Source: Octopus sinensis (lineage: Eukaryota). Taken from it: a DNA stretch of 64,000 bases. The notes under the pieces are model-generated. The model was not told the DNA's origin. It ran no database searches and saw only the letters and a program-made list of their open reading frames with translations. The translations under genes were made by a program, and so were the position numbers. The stretch is from contig NC_043013.1 in the NCBI RefSeq assembly GCF_006345805.1, positions 16,802,001 to 16,866,000 of the forward strand, written 5' to 3'. This document shows positions 37,896 through 50,800 of this stretch, piece by piece. Each line of letters begins with the position of its first letter. Position 1 is the stretch's first letter.

Positions 37896-40800
37896 CATCA
37901 ATGCTTCCCATGCAGGGTAACTTCAAAAGAACTTCCCTCGTCATACAATCGCTTTCTCTTAGTCTCTTTCGCTCTCATTACTTCAAAAGTTCCCGCAAGC
38001 CCATATGTAAAAAAAAAAAAAATGTTTTTTACGGAAATCGACGGAAAGGTCTACTAGAGACGAAAGATCGCCATAATAAGTGTGCGAGATAATTATTTGC
38101 GATAAAGCCCAGGTAGAAGCTCTGGGGGGTGGCTATTACGCAATATAAAAGATTTTAGAAGCATCAGGAGCCGGGACGTAGCGAGAGTTATGGGCTTGTA
38201 CTTAGCTGTGGTCTTAGGATTTTAACGAGAGTGTGTGCGTATGTGTGTTTGCATACATGTGCTTATATGTATGTGTATGAATGTATGTGTGTGCATTTGT
38301 GTATATGAGTGAATGCGTGTACTTCGGTGTACGTAAGCATGCGTGCATACGTGTGCTTTTGTGCTTGTATGTGTGTATGTGTAAGCGTTTATGTGTGTAT
38401 ATAGAACATGTGTGTATGCAATATGTTCGCACGCATCCATGTATGGTTAAGGGCTTAATATGATAAGGCCAAAACAACTTTTTATTAAATTTAACTGAAA
38501 GTATAACGGAAAGAAAAGTCATTAACGTTGACCCAGCATGGCCACAGACCTCAGCAAAACAAATAAAGAGAAAAAAACGTCTAAGAAAATCTCTCTCAAA
38601 GAGAGGAAGGGAGAGAACTCCCAAAATTGTGTGCGCGTGCGTAGGCATGTATGTGTGTGTGTATGTGGTTGTATGTGTGCATGTAAGTGTATGTGTATGT
38701 GCTTGTAAGTGTGTGTGTATGTAAGTGCTTTTGTGTGTGTGTGCATGCGCACGGATGCATATGTAAATGTTTGTGTGTGTGAACGTGTCTCCATGTTCGA
38801 GTGCGTGAGTGTGCGATAGTTGTTCCAAACATGACCATCATGAGCTATTCAAACAATATCTATGCCCACGTTTTTCAATGTATTGAGTCCTACCTTATTC
38901 CTTAGTTATTTTGAGATGTTAAGGCGATAAAATGGGAGAGATTTAGCTACTCTTTCTAGATTTCCTGTCGGCTCCTAACAGGTGTTGGCTTTTGTAATAG
39001 TTAATTGTAGTCAATGAGTTTACTGGGATTAAATTAACAATTCTTCAAATAATGTATCCGATATCGTAAAATTTTTGAATGCACAAAATTTTTTAATTAA
39101 ACTTTTGATTTGGAAGAACATCCAGCTGTAGAAACCGTGCCAAAGCAGACAATGGAAAACGCTAAAGTCCTCTGACCCGTCGGATCCTATCAAACTGTCC
39201 GACCCATGTCTTATGGAAGACGGACGCAAAAAAATAAACCATGATGATGATGATGACGACGATGATAGTTATAAATATTCACGTCTGTCTGACGATCGGT
39301 TACGTATAAGTTTGGATAAATCTTTAACTAAGAAGCAAGTCATATTTGAGTTAAACCACGCTACTGAAACGCGTGAAGTGATGTTTTAAACTACCCATTC
39401 TTTTACACACACACACAGTCATTTTGATGAGTAAAAAAAGAATGCACTGTACGTAAGTGGATGGAAGCACTCCGTCGGTTACGACGACGAGGGTTCCGGT
39501 TGATCCGAATCAACGGAACAGCCTGCTCGTGAAATTAACGTCTAAGTGGCTGAGCACTCCACAGACTCGTGTACCCTTAACGTAGTTCTCGGGGATATTC
39601 AGCGTGACACAGAGAGTGACAAGGCCGGCCCTTTGAAATACAGGTACAACAGAAACAGGAAGTAAGAGTGAGAGAAAGTTGTGGTGAAAGAGTACAGCAG
39701 GGATCACCACCATCCCCTGCCGGAGCCTCGTGGAGCTTTAGGTGTTTTCGCTCAATAAACACTCACAACGCCCGGTCTGGGAATCGAAACCGCGATCCTA
39801 TGACCGTGAGTCCGCTGCCCTAACCACTGGGCCATTGCGCCTCTGTACGTAAGTAACTGAACTGTTAAAAGACTCCGACTAAATACATTAATTCCGTACC
39901 GTTTATTTATGGCTCTTCACATTCTGAGTTCAAATCATGCACATGTCTACTTTACTCCCCATGTCCTGTAGACGATTAATATTCCTATAATGCATCTTGG
40001 ATGGGAAATGGAATCACAATAAAATACAAAACAAGATGAGGTTTCATGGGTAAATGACACAGATATTTCGCTTTTGTATTTGGTTTGCAAGATTCTTGAT
40101 ATGAATTCATGAGTTGAAGCATATTTTATTGTGTCTGGGGAGAGTCATTCTCTTTTAGTGCCCTCTTACTTAACACACTCAACCTTTTCAATAGTCGTTG
40201 ACTCTGACAGGGTCAACGACTACTGAAAAGGTTGCAAGAGGCAACGAAAATTTTAGAAAAAATAAATGAGTGGAAATCGAACCGGTGCGTGTGTTAAGTA
40301 ATAAGGCACTAAAAGAGAATGACCCTCCCCAGATACAATAAAATTACACAGATATGTATTTGATATAAAGGACCTAATACGGCACGAGGACTTATTCTAG
40401 TGACACCGTAGTTATTTAACCTTAAGTTTGTTATCTTTTTTTTTTTTTTTTTTTTTAATTTGATGACAAAGAGGCAAGCTAGTAGAAGCGTTGGCACCCT
40501 GGGCAAAATGCCAAGCGCTATTTCGTCACTCTTTATGTTCTGAGTTCAAATTCCGCCGGGGTCGACTTTACCTTTCTACTTTTCGGGGTCGATAAAATAA
40601 GTACAAGTTGAGCATTGGAGTCGATGTAACCGACTTGATCCTCCCACAAAAGTGCTGACCTGATGCCAAAATTTGAAACCAATATTAATAAGATATTATT
40701 GAGATGTTAATTTAATATTCTATAACCATCAGTTTTTGGTCTTCATCAGGAGCTTGTTTGGCTCTTCATTCCACCGGATCAATACTTGTTAAGAAGGGAA

Positions 40801-42961
40801 CTTTTCCAGTAGCACTCATCCTTTTAGAAATAACAGCCAAATCTCCCTAGCAAAACGTACTTTAGTCTTCTATTCACATCTAAGTTGACCACAGAACTTT
40901 ATTTCCCCGACCCATGAAGAATGAACTCCGAAGCTGACATCGGCCAGATTTGAACTCTGTCCTTGAAGAGCAGCTGTAACTAAACACCTTAAACCTTTTG
41001 TCTCAACTCTAACGATTTCACCAGCCAGTAACCCATTTTTTCCTGCGTCTAAAGAAAACACTTTTAGTGTGTGTGTACGTGTGTGCGCGTGCATGCATGC
41101 ATACATACATACATACATACATACATACATACATACATACATACATACATACATTACATACATGCATGCATGCATGCATGCATATCTGTGTGCGTGGTGT
41201 GTGTAAATATATATAGTGTGTGTGTATGTATGGATAGTTTTAAGAACTTTTTGAAATGAAAAATAAACTTACAAATCTCGAAGACCCGCTCTGCGAACGG
41301 CAGCAGAAATGGCCTTGATTGATGTAAGAATCGAATTGATTAACTGGGTTAAAACTCCCGTTGCCTGAGGATGTTTCTTCTCTTCGTTGAGTAAGAAACG
41401 TGTCAAGGTCATGTAGTCAGTCTCCATGGTGCCTGGACTCAGAAGACAGATGTGGTGTATACGTGCGAATTTATATGTGTAAGTGTGTGTGTGTGTGTTA
41501 AAGAGGAGGAGAAATAGAAGTGAGAGAGAGAGAGGGAGAGAGAGCGCGGGAGAAGTGTGATCGAAAAGAGGGAGATGAGGAAGATTGCGAATGACGCGAG
41601 GACTAGAGGAAGAGACAGACAGATTGAAGTGAGACAGTAAGATAATGAGAGAGTGGTGAAGAATAAAGACTGAAAGAGACAGAGAGAGGAAGACAGAAAG
41701 GACGAGATGACGAGGAGGAGAGAGAGAAGAAGAAGAAGAGGGAGAGAGAGGGGAGAAGCGTTAAAAATAGAGAGATGGGGGAGTGAATGCGAAAGTAGGA
41801 GAGGGCGAAAAGTAAAAGTACAAGATGACATGAAGAGTGGGAGGAGAGAAATGTAACATAGATGAAACGGAGTGATTGTTGTTATGAACAAGAAAAGTTT
41901 GGATAGTTTAACGACCTTCACTTAGATTCAACTGGTCACAGGACGACCTTTATTTTGACAAACAACAAACGACCTTCACCTTCACTGACAGCCGCTAAAC
42001 AACTTTCCAGCTATTTCTGTAATATATATCTTCCATTAGAATTCTATTCACATCACAATAATAAATATCTTTCAAAGTTGTTGGCGTTTTTTCCTCCACT
42101 TCTATTTCAATATGCATTTTGTGATTATAGGTGCAGTATATTGAAAAGGTTAAGAAGATCGCTTCACAACCATGAGGGCCAGGTTCGATACCACTGCGTG
42201 GTTTCTTGAACAAGTATCATTTTGAAAATATCACGGATCGATTCATACTTTGTGAATGAATTGAGTAGACGGGAAGTATATAGCAGTCGGTTGGGTGATT
42301 TGTGTCTGTAATTCAAAAAGTACAGCCTTGTCATATATCACACTGTCACGCTGATTCTGTCAGAAATTTACTTTATGGTTATTTGTGTCTACGGAATACT
42401 CAACCACATACACGTTAATTAACGTGCAGGTAATTCAGTGGATCGCACAAGTAGGTCGTCATCGTCGAAACCGACGGGGATCCAGCGATAGTAACAAGAG
42501 GGATGTATGTGACTCGCGGGGTGAAGAAATAGCAGGAGTAATTTTCATCATTATTGAATTGCTGTCTCTGCTTCCGTCAACATCTTGGCACCATGGGTAA
42601 TAGACATACCCTTGTGGGACGAATTTTGGAGACGGAAACTATGCAAAAGGCTGTCGTATTTATATATTTTTGCTTTCGATTCCTGGATGGAGTCATAGAG
42701 ACGCCAAGATGGCATATGGTATGCCTTGAGTATTTTTTGGCCTTGAGGAGCCCATTCCTCTACAGGTCTGACTTCAGCCGATTTCTTCTAGAAGACAGAA
42801 AGACAGAAGGAAAAGAAAAGAGAAGCAAGATACCCCAGTAAATGACTCGTACTTTATTTGTTAATCCTTAAAAGAATGGAAGGCAAAATTGACCTCGGCG
42901 AGATTTGAACTCACTGCAAAGCAATCTATCAGGCGCTCTAACGACTCTGACAATCGGTCCA

Positions 42962-43000
<39 letters not shown>

Positions 43001-43787
43001 AATGTGTGTGTGTGTGCGCACGACTGAGTCAATGTTTACACATGTCTAATACCGGTGTTGTTTATGTTGAGTCCCCCTTGATCCAGTTATTTGGCGATAG
43101 AAGACGAGTCCAATCTATTACGAGGTGGGATCGAACCTATACATCGATATCAATCCTATCCTCCTTGTTGTTTATCATTCCGTCTTCTCCCAACCTGTTT
43201 ACTGCTGCTTTTCCTCAAGGAAAGGATATGAACAGTCTGTACCAACCAATCCCCCTTTTTTTTCTTCTTTTGTTAATTGAAACACTAACTACCAGGATCT
43301 GTCACTCCTAGCATAAGTGACCACGTCTAATATTTCCTGGTTTATTGTCAATTTTAAGGTGTATGTGTGACAAATAGTGACGATGAACTCTAGAAACAAT
43401 CAGTGAGTAATAGAAGATAAAAATGTACAACATAAACCACGATATCGTTAAAAAACAAAATGATTTTTTTTTTTTTTTTTGATAGTAACTTCAGTGGCTA
43501 TCTCCCTTTGGATCTTTTCACTTTGACCGGCAGAAAGATCCTGGTCAAAGTGAAAAGATCCTGCGTGTGTTGAAGCATATTTTATATCTCTCTCTTTTTA
43601 CTCTTTTACTTGTTTCAGTCATTTGACTGCGGCCATGCTGGAGCACCGCCTTTAGTCGAGCAAATCGACCCCGGGACTTATTCTTTGTAAGCCCAGTACT
43701 TATTCTATCAGTCTCTTTTGCCGAACCGCTAAGTTACGGGGACGTAAACACACCAGCATCGGTTGTCAAGCAATGCTAGGGGGACAA

Positions 43788-43820
<33 letters not shown>

Positions 43821-44471
43821 CGACAGGCTTCTTTCAGTTTCCGTCTACCAAATCCACTCACAAGGCATTGGTCGGCCCGGGGCTATAGCAGAAGACACTT
43901 GCCCAAGATGCCACGCAGTGGGACTGAACCCGGAACCATGTGGTTGTTTAGCAAGCTACTTACCACACAGCCACTCCTATGTATTCTTTTATTTGTTTGA
44001 AGGGTTTTAGTCGAACAAATCGACCCCAAGACTTATTCTTTGTAAGCCTAGCACTTATTCTATCGATGTCTTAGGCTGAACTGCACACACACACAACGGT
44101 TCTCTACACAGTTTCCGTCTAAGTTTATGCAGGAGGTATGGGTCAGCCATGAGACACAAAACATTAGCCCAAGGTACCGTGAAATGGGAATGAACCGGAA
44201 ACCTTGTAATTGCAAAACGAGCTTCATTACCACACAGCCAAGCCTGCCCCGCTTTATTTATTTTCTGATTGAATTATATATAATTTTATTCAATGGGTGT
44301 TTTTCAATATATAGAATTTATTTTTCGATATAGGAGCATTGTAGGCCTACTGTATTTTATATTAGTTTATATTTCAGTACTCACAAAGTATTTATCTGCA
44401 TAAAAATCGTCTATCATCAGATAGCGAAATTTCTGAGACCAGAGTAAAAACAAATTAGTTCGTTAATCAAG

Positions 44472-44511
<40 letters not shown>

Positions 44512-44762
44512 ACTGACATGATACATATAATACGTGAAGCAATTTGCAAGGGAGACGATCTTCATGGACCAGTTATCACGGGATCGCAACGATCGTCTCC
44601 CTTGGAATTGTAACGTGTAATATGGTTCACCTGGTAAACTGCTAGGGATTAATCTCGTTAGTTTCTTGGGATTATCAAGTGAACTTGTGTTGTTGATAGT
44701 GACTTCGAAGTTTCGGCCAGCTAAGCCATTGTCGGACTGTCCGATGATGATTTAGCTGGCCG

Positions 44763-44835
<73 letters not shown>

Positions 44836-47800
44836 TACATACATACATACATACATACATACATACATACATACATGAGTAGTGTAAAATATGGATTCAG
44901 AAAATCATGCGACTACCACAGTATGCTCCTCCTACGGACTTGGCTATCAGTTCACGTAGTAATCAAGTACAGCGTAGTGTAATGTAAAGTGTTCGTGTAA
45001 CTGAAAATCCAGAAAATCCGAGCGATAAAATTTTTGTGTGAAGAGTAAAGCACATTAAAAAATGGCCACCCGACTAAATGGCACAAAATCACTTACAGAC
45101 ATATTCCCACCCCTGGCCCCATAAGTACACTGTTTCCTCCCTCTGTTCTTTCTACTACTGCTATAATGGTCTCTGCTCCTCGGAACTAGCTACGATTATG
45201 TCACATCTGCTCAGGTATTTCTGTTCCAGCGTCTCTCTTTGTCACATCGCCCTTGATGTATCCGAACTCCCCCACCCACTCGCCAGGCCCCACAGTAACC
45301 AGTATGTCTTGTCCTTCCTTTCCTGAACAGCATTCATCTGGAACTTCTTCTCTACGGGTATCTACTAATGGTTGGAGAGAAATATTAGCAGCAGCAAGTT
45401 CATCAGTGTCAGGGGAGGGGGTTACGAAGGCCATGGGCACTGTCCCTTCCTCCAGCAAGTAATAAGATAAACACTTGTCAATGTTATCAACTGAGTAGAG
45501 AATATAATGAGGTCTAATAAAGCCGAAACATGACCGAGATTTCTCTAGATCTTTCCTGTGTGGTAGGAGGTTTGCCTTCCAACCACACGGTTCCGGGTTC
45601 AGTCCTACTGCGTGGCACATTGGACAAGTGTCTTCTACTAAAGCCTTGAGCTGATCAAAGCCTTGTGAGTAGATGGAAACTGAAAGAAGCCCATCATGTG
45701 TGTGTGTGTATGCGTGTATTTGTCCCCCACCGCCGCTTGACGACCGGTGTTGGTGTGTTTACGCCCCCGTAACTTATCGATTCGACAAAATATAACGATA
45801 GAATAAGTACCAGGCTTTAAAAAAAACAATAAGTACTGGGGTCGATAAATTCTTCAAGGCGGTGCCCCAGCATGGCCGCAGTCTAATGACTGAAACAAGT
45901 AAAAGATAAAAGAATCTACATTGTTTTATATTGATCAACAATTCAATCAACTGAGCTGATTGGAGTTATCTTCCTTACTGGAGTTTAGATTTTAAACACC
46001 ACAATAGGGAGGTTGTGTTTATTAATGGCTTGGATAATCTCAGTTGATCGAAGTTTTTTCAACTCCTTGTATTGCATATGTACGATTTAATGGTATTTTT
46101 AAAATAGGAGCAGGGACAGATGGGTGAGAATGAGAGTGTGAGTGAGAGAGGGTAGAGTGATAGAGTGGGGCGAGAGAGGATGAGGATGAGATAAAGAGAG
46201 TGTGGGAGAGACAGTAGGGTCAGCGTGAGTGGGGTGGGAGAATGAGATAAGAGAGTGGGCATGAAAGAAAGGTAAGTGATGGTGGGTGAAATAGGGTGGA
46301 GTAAGAGAGAATGGGTGAGAGGTGGTAGTCGTGGTGGTGAGAGAGAGTTAGTGGCGTAAGAGTGGGAGGTGAGAGTGGGGATGAAAAAAGTAAGAAAAAG
46401 CATTTAATGTAAAAATTTGAAAAAAACAATATGAGAAAAATTATCTAAAAACGTAAAATACAGTAAAAATTCAGCATAATTTGCTTTAAATATCCACTAT
46501 AACAGCAGCAGTATCTCAACTACAGCAACAATAACAACAACGACAACAAATTTAGAATCTTCTGATAAAAAGATATGCTTTTCTGATAACGTGAAATATG
46601 ATATTATTGACCTCTATTAACCTGATAGGCACAGTGAAGGAGCCTTATACTAAAAATAAGAGCTAAATCTTTCTCAAATTACACCCTAATATCTTGAAAA
46701 AGTGGAGGAGATGAATCTAATGTAGTCTTTCAGATCCTTAAAAAGAGGCACAATTGGTCACAAATGGAATCGCTAGAGCGATTGTCCTAATCGGAGACGT
46801 CATTTTAATTAAAATGCCAGGGTTGGCTGTTTCTTTCTTTGATACCCAGTAGTGACCAGAATCATTAACTTTATTATTCTTTCTCTTCGTTACTACGAGT
46901 GTCAATTTCAATTAATTAACATTTCTTAGATCACGACATTAAGTATGCTAGTAATGACTTAATAACGTGTGCTGCCTGGAATATTTATGAGAGTAGCCAG
47001 CCAGTCAGTTAATGTGTTTATCTGTTTGTAAACTTGTGAGAACGTCTGGCTGACGAATATCGATAAGAAATCTTAAACTAAAAGTATCAAACCAATTTAA
47101 ACGGCTGACATTGAAGAAGACTCGCGTGGCCGTTAGCTTTTTACTAGACACAACATCAAATTTTCATCAAAATTATACCTTGCTATCTTAAATAAAGACA
47201 AGGACGGCATATTAGATACGTAGCATGCGTCCATATATGCACCCCATCACCAATTTTGTTGCCTCACAACTTCCAGAAATATGGATATTTTTGTATGAAA
47301 TTTTCATACAATATATCAGCAACACAAATTCCGAGATACAATACATCTTAATACAAAAGACGAAGTGGTAAAGGCTGCAATACCATATTTGATCTTACTG
47401 ACATCATATGAGTGTGACATCATATGAGGGTGACCTCATATGAAGCAATAACAATGTGCTCCTCCATTCTCACATGTTTTCTTGTCTGTTATCACTGATT
47501 AAAAGACTATTCTATATAACCTAGTTTATAGCTTCACATCGAGAAATATGCCGACAAAACCCTGATATTAAATAAGGTACTAAATACTTATAGTACGCAA
47601 ATAAGTAGGTCCAGTTCTCGGGAACTACAACACTTGATATAGACGCATTGGCTACCGATTCTCTGATGAGGGTAGAAAATCGAGTAAGGTTGTTTATCAT
47701 TTGATAAATCTAAGGCGAAATAGGATAAATTTGACATGTTTGTCTTATGATTGTTTGACAACTCCGCAGGTTGTGTGTGTGTGTGTGTGTGTGTACACAC

Positions 47801-50800
47801 ATACTTGCGTGGTAGCTATACAGACATTATATATATATATTTCTTTACTGCCCACAAGGGACTAAACACAGAGGGGACAAACAAGGACAGACAAACGGAT
47901 TAAGTCGATTACTTGATTTATCGATCCCGAAAGGATGAAAGGCAAAGTCAACCTCGGCGGAATTTGAACTCAGAACGTAACGACAGACGAAATACCGCTA
48001 AGCATTTCGCCCGGCGCGCTAACGTTTTTGCCAGTTCGCCGCCCTAAATTATATATATCTTTATATATAAAAGTGAAGTTGTGTGTCTGTCTCCTACGAT
48101 TTAGATTCCTAACTACTCCCACATTTTGCGGTGCAATTTAACCAAAACCGGGTATCTTATAGTTGTGATTCATATCGAGCCCTTCTGGGTATTAGCGCGC
48201 GTCTACGATGAGTCTACGATTAAAAAAAAAAATTTACCATAATTTTTTTCCCATTTTTAATGCATTTTTTGCTATTATATAAGGGAAGTAACTGCTTATA
48301 TAGTTATTTCCCTTACAAACCCGAGCAACGCCGGGCGATACTGCTAGTATTATATATAATAAAGAGTATGGAGACTTGTACATACACAAAATGTATTTTA
48401 TAGTTATATTCAGCATATTATAATGACCTACACGTTTGCCGATGCAGCGACTACTCACTGTTGCAAATGCAACTTTGCAATATTGTCGGTGCAGCTTCAT
48501 CAGGGTCCGTTCATTTGGTCATCCGCGAATTGAACCGATTGATGCAAATTTTTGCTAGTTATTGTTTGTTGGAGGCTGGGATATTGTTATTCATAAGTAT
48601 GTGCTATTGACCTCAACTTCACCCCCGTCGCAATCCGAAGTCAGAACATGCTCTAAAATATATCAAAGTCGAGATAATTGCTTTTGTAAAGCTCTTTGTT
48701 TCTTTTAACGGCTGTGTGTGTTATGTTTTTGATTTCGAGTGTAGTGCTTATGTTGAAGGGTTCGTGTTTGTTTAGATTCATTTTGGGGTTGGGCTGCTCG
48801 TGATTTGTGCTACACATTGGACAGGGCATTTGTTTTGTTTGTTTTTATTAATGATCCTACTATTTTACTAGTTTCAGTCATTTGACTGTGGCCAGGACCC
48901 CAGGACTTATTCTTTGTAAGCCTAGTACTTATTCTATCGGTCGCTTTTGCCGAACCGCTAAGTTACGGTGACGTAAACACACCAGCATCGATTGTCAAGC
49001 GATGTTGGGGGGTGGAGACAAACACAGACACACAAACATATACACACACATATATATATACATATATACGACGGGCTTCTTTCAGTTTCCGTCTACCAAA
49101 TCCACTCACAAGGCTTTGGTCCACCCGAGGCTATAGTAAAAGACACTTGCCCAAGGTGCCACGCAGTGGGACTGAACCCGGAACCATGTGGTTCGTAAAC
49201 AAGCTACTTACCACACAGCCACCCCTACGCCTATGGTTATTAAATATTTTTACGTTTAGGTTATGTTATTCTCTTTGTTATATCAACCTCAATTGTTGCT
49301 GGGGCGTTCGTGTAAACATCTCAGTGATTGTTCGTGTCTTATATTAATTAATGTGTTTCGATGTAAAGATTTGATAAGGTTCTTCTACGCATACGTCGCA
49401 TCTGTTTTCCCCTACTCGATAAGGCTGAGCAGTACTAATTTGTTCCCAATCGATAAAATAGCTATTGTTTTCGGCCTCTAATTGTAAAAAGTTGACTGAG
49501 GTGAAGCTGAGGTCAACAGCACATATTTATAAATAACTTCCGAGGCTTCCACCTTGCTCCACCTCGTTTTCCAACCCAAAAAGGGTTTGGTAGCATATTA
49601 GGAGGTCACCGGAATTCATTCAACGGAAAAAAAAAATCTTTAATTTCTAATGATTCCAGGATATGGGGGGAGGTCTGATTCCCACCCACCCTCTTTATCC
49701 GAACAAAAATAGTTTGCAGCATATTTGTAGGTCAGGGTACTTGATTCCACGCAAAAAATCCGAGTCTTGGGGGTGGGGTTCTTAGTGAAAATCGTGCGTT
49801 TGAAAGAATCAAATAATACCTAAATAACAATACCCCCTCCCCACAGAACATTCACTAGCAAAATTTTACTTCAATCAGTTCACTTCGAGGATGACCAAAT
49901 GGACGGACCCTGATGAAGCTGTACCGACAATATTGCAAGGTTGCATTTGCAACAGTGAGTAGTCGCTGCAACGGAAACACGTGTAGACCATTATGTTGTA
50001 TATAACTACAAAATAAATTCTGTGGATGTACAAATCTCCATACTCTTTATTATTATTATTATTAATATATACTCCAGACAATTCTTACCGCCTAGCAAAG
50101 AGTACATGGAAATACCCATCGGAAGAATTCACGGAGCGACTAACCAACCAACTGTAGTCACTGACGTTAATACTGATCGTTGACATTAGCCGTTATATAT
50201 ATAACACATCTGTATGTATATAATATATACACATATATTCATAATACAGTAGTCCCTCGCCACATCACGGTTCACCTATCGCGGTTTATTATTTAAGCTT
50301 ACGTCGATTCCTCCATGGTGTTGTTTTGCATTTATAATAAATTAAATATATATAAATTATAAAAATAATAGCAAAAAATATACAGTATAGTACTGTTTCT
50401 ACTTCGCGGGTTTTCACCTATCGAGAGGTGTTTTGGAAGGTAACACCCGCGATAGTCAAGGAATTACTATAGTGCAATATATATAAAACCATGTTATATA
50501 TAGTTCCTTCACATTTATAAAATATGCTGCTATGTTACAGCGATTAAGAATTAGAACACGAGACAACGATAAAAGATATCTAGTGGTCGCTTGGTCTGCT
50601 AGAAATAACACCCTTTGGTCTTAACAGAAAAAAAAATGAATACACTGAAGAATCTAAATGTTAGATATAGGCGTGGGAGAGGCTGTGTGGTAAGTAGCTA
50701 GGCGCAGGAGTGCTTACCAACCACATGGTTCGGGTTAAGGCCCACTACGTGGCACCTTGGGCAAGTGTCTTCTACTATAGCCTCGGGTTGACCAAAGCCT

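Larger units (their letters stand above)
48350..50060. repeat. Inverted pair of ~200-bp repeats (48350-48560 and 49855-50060) with hammerhead-like cores; Penelope pLTR-like
   Basis: Arms align by eye as reverse complements (roughly 80-85% identity). Each arm contains CTGATGA followed by a GAAAC (right arm) or GCAAAC (left arm) core. Confidence 0.75.

Noticed and set aside
39775-39843. tRNA gene (also heads at ~14975, 45560, 50680)
   Set aside because: A/B boxes are present but there is no complete acceptor stem, and the sequence continues into multi-copy SINE bodies.
45201-45620. 139-aa - strand ORF and 69-aa + strand ORF in a GC-richer patch
   Set aside because: Begins in SINE sequence and has no recognisable domain or phase-compatible splice sites; probably an old repeat remnant.
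48992-49347. Recurrent ORFs like [30 protein letters not shown] and [17 protein letters not shown]
   Set aside because: They are translations of SINE family A, repeated in many copies.
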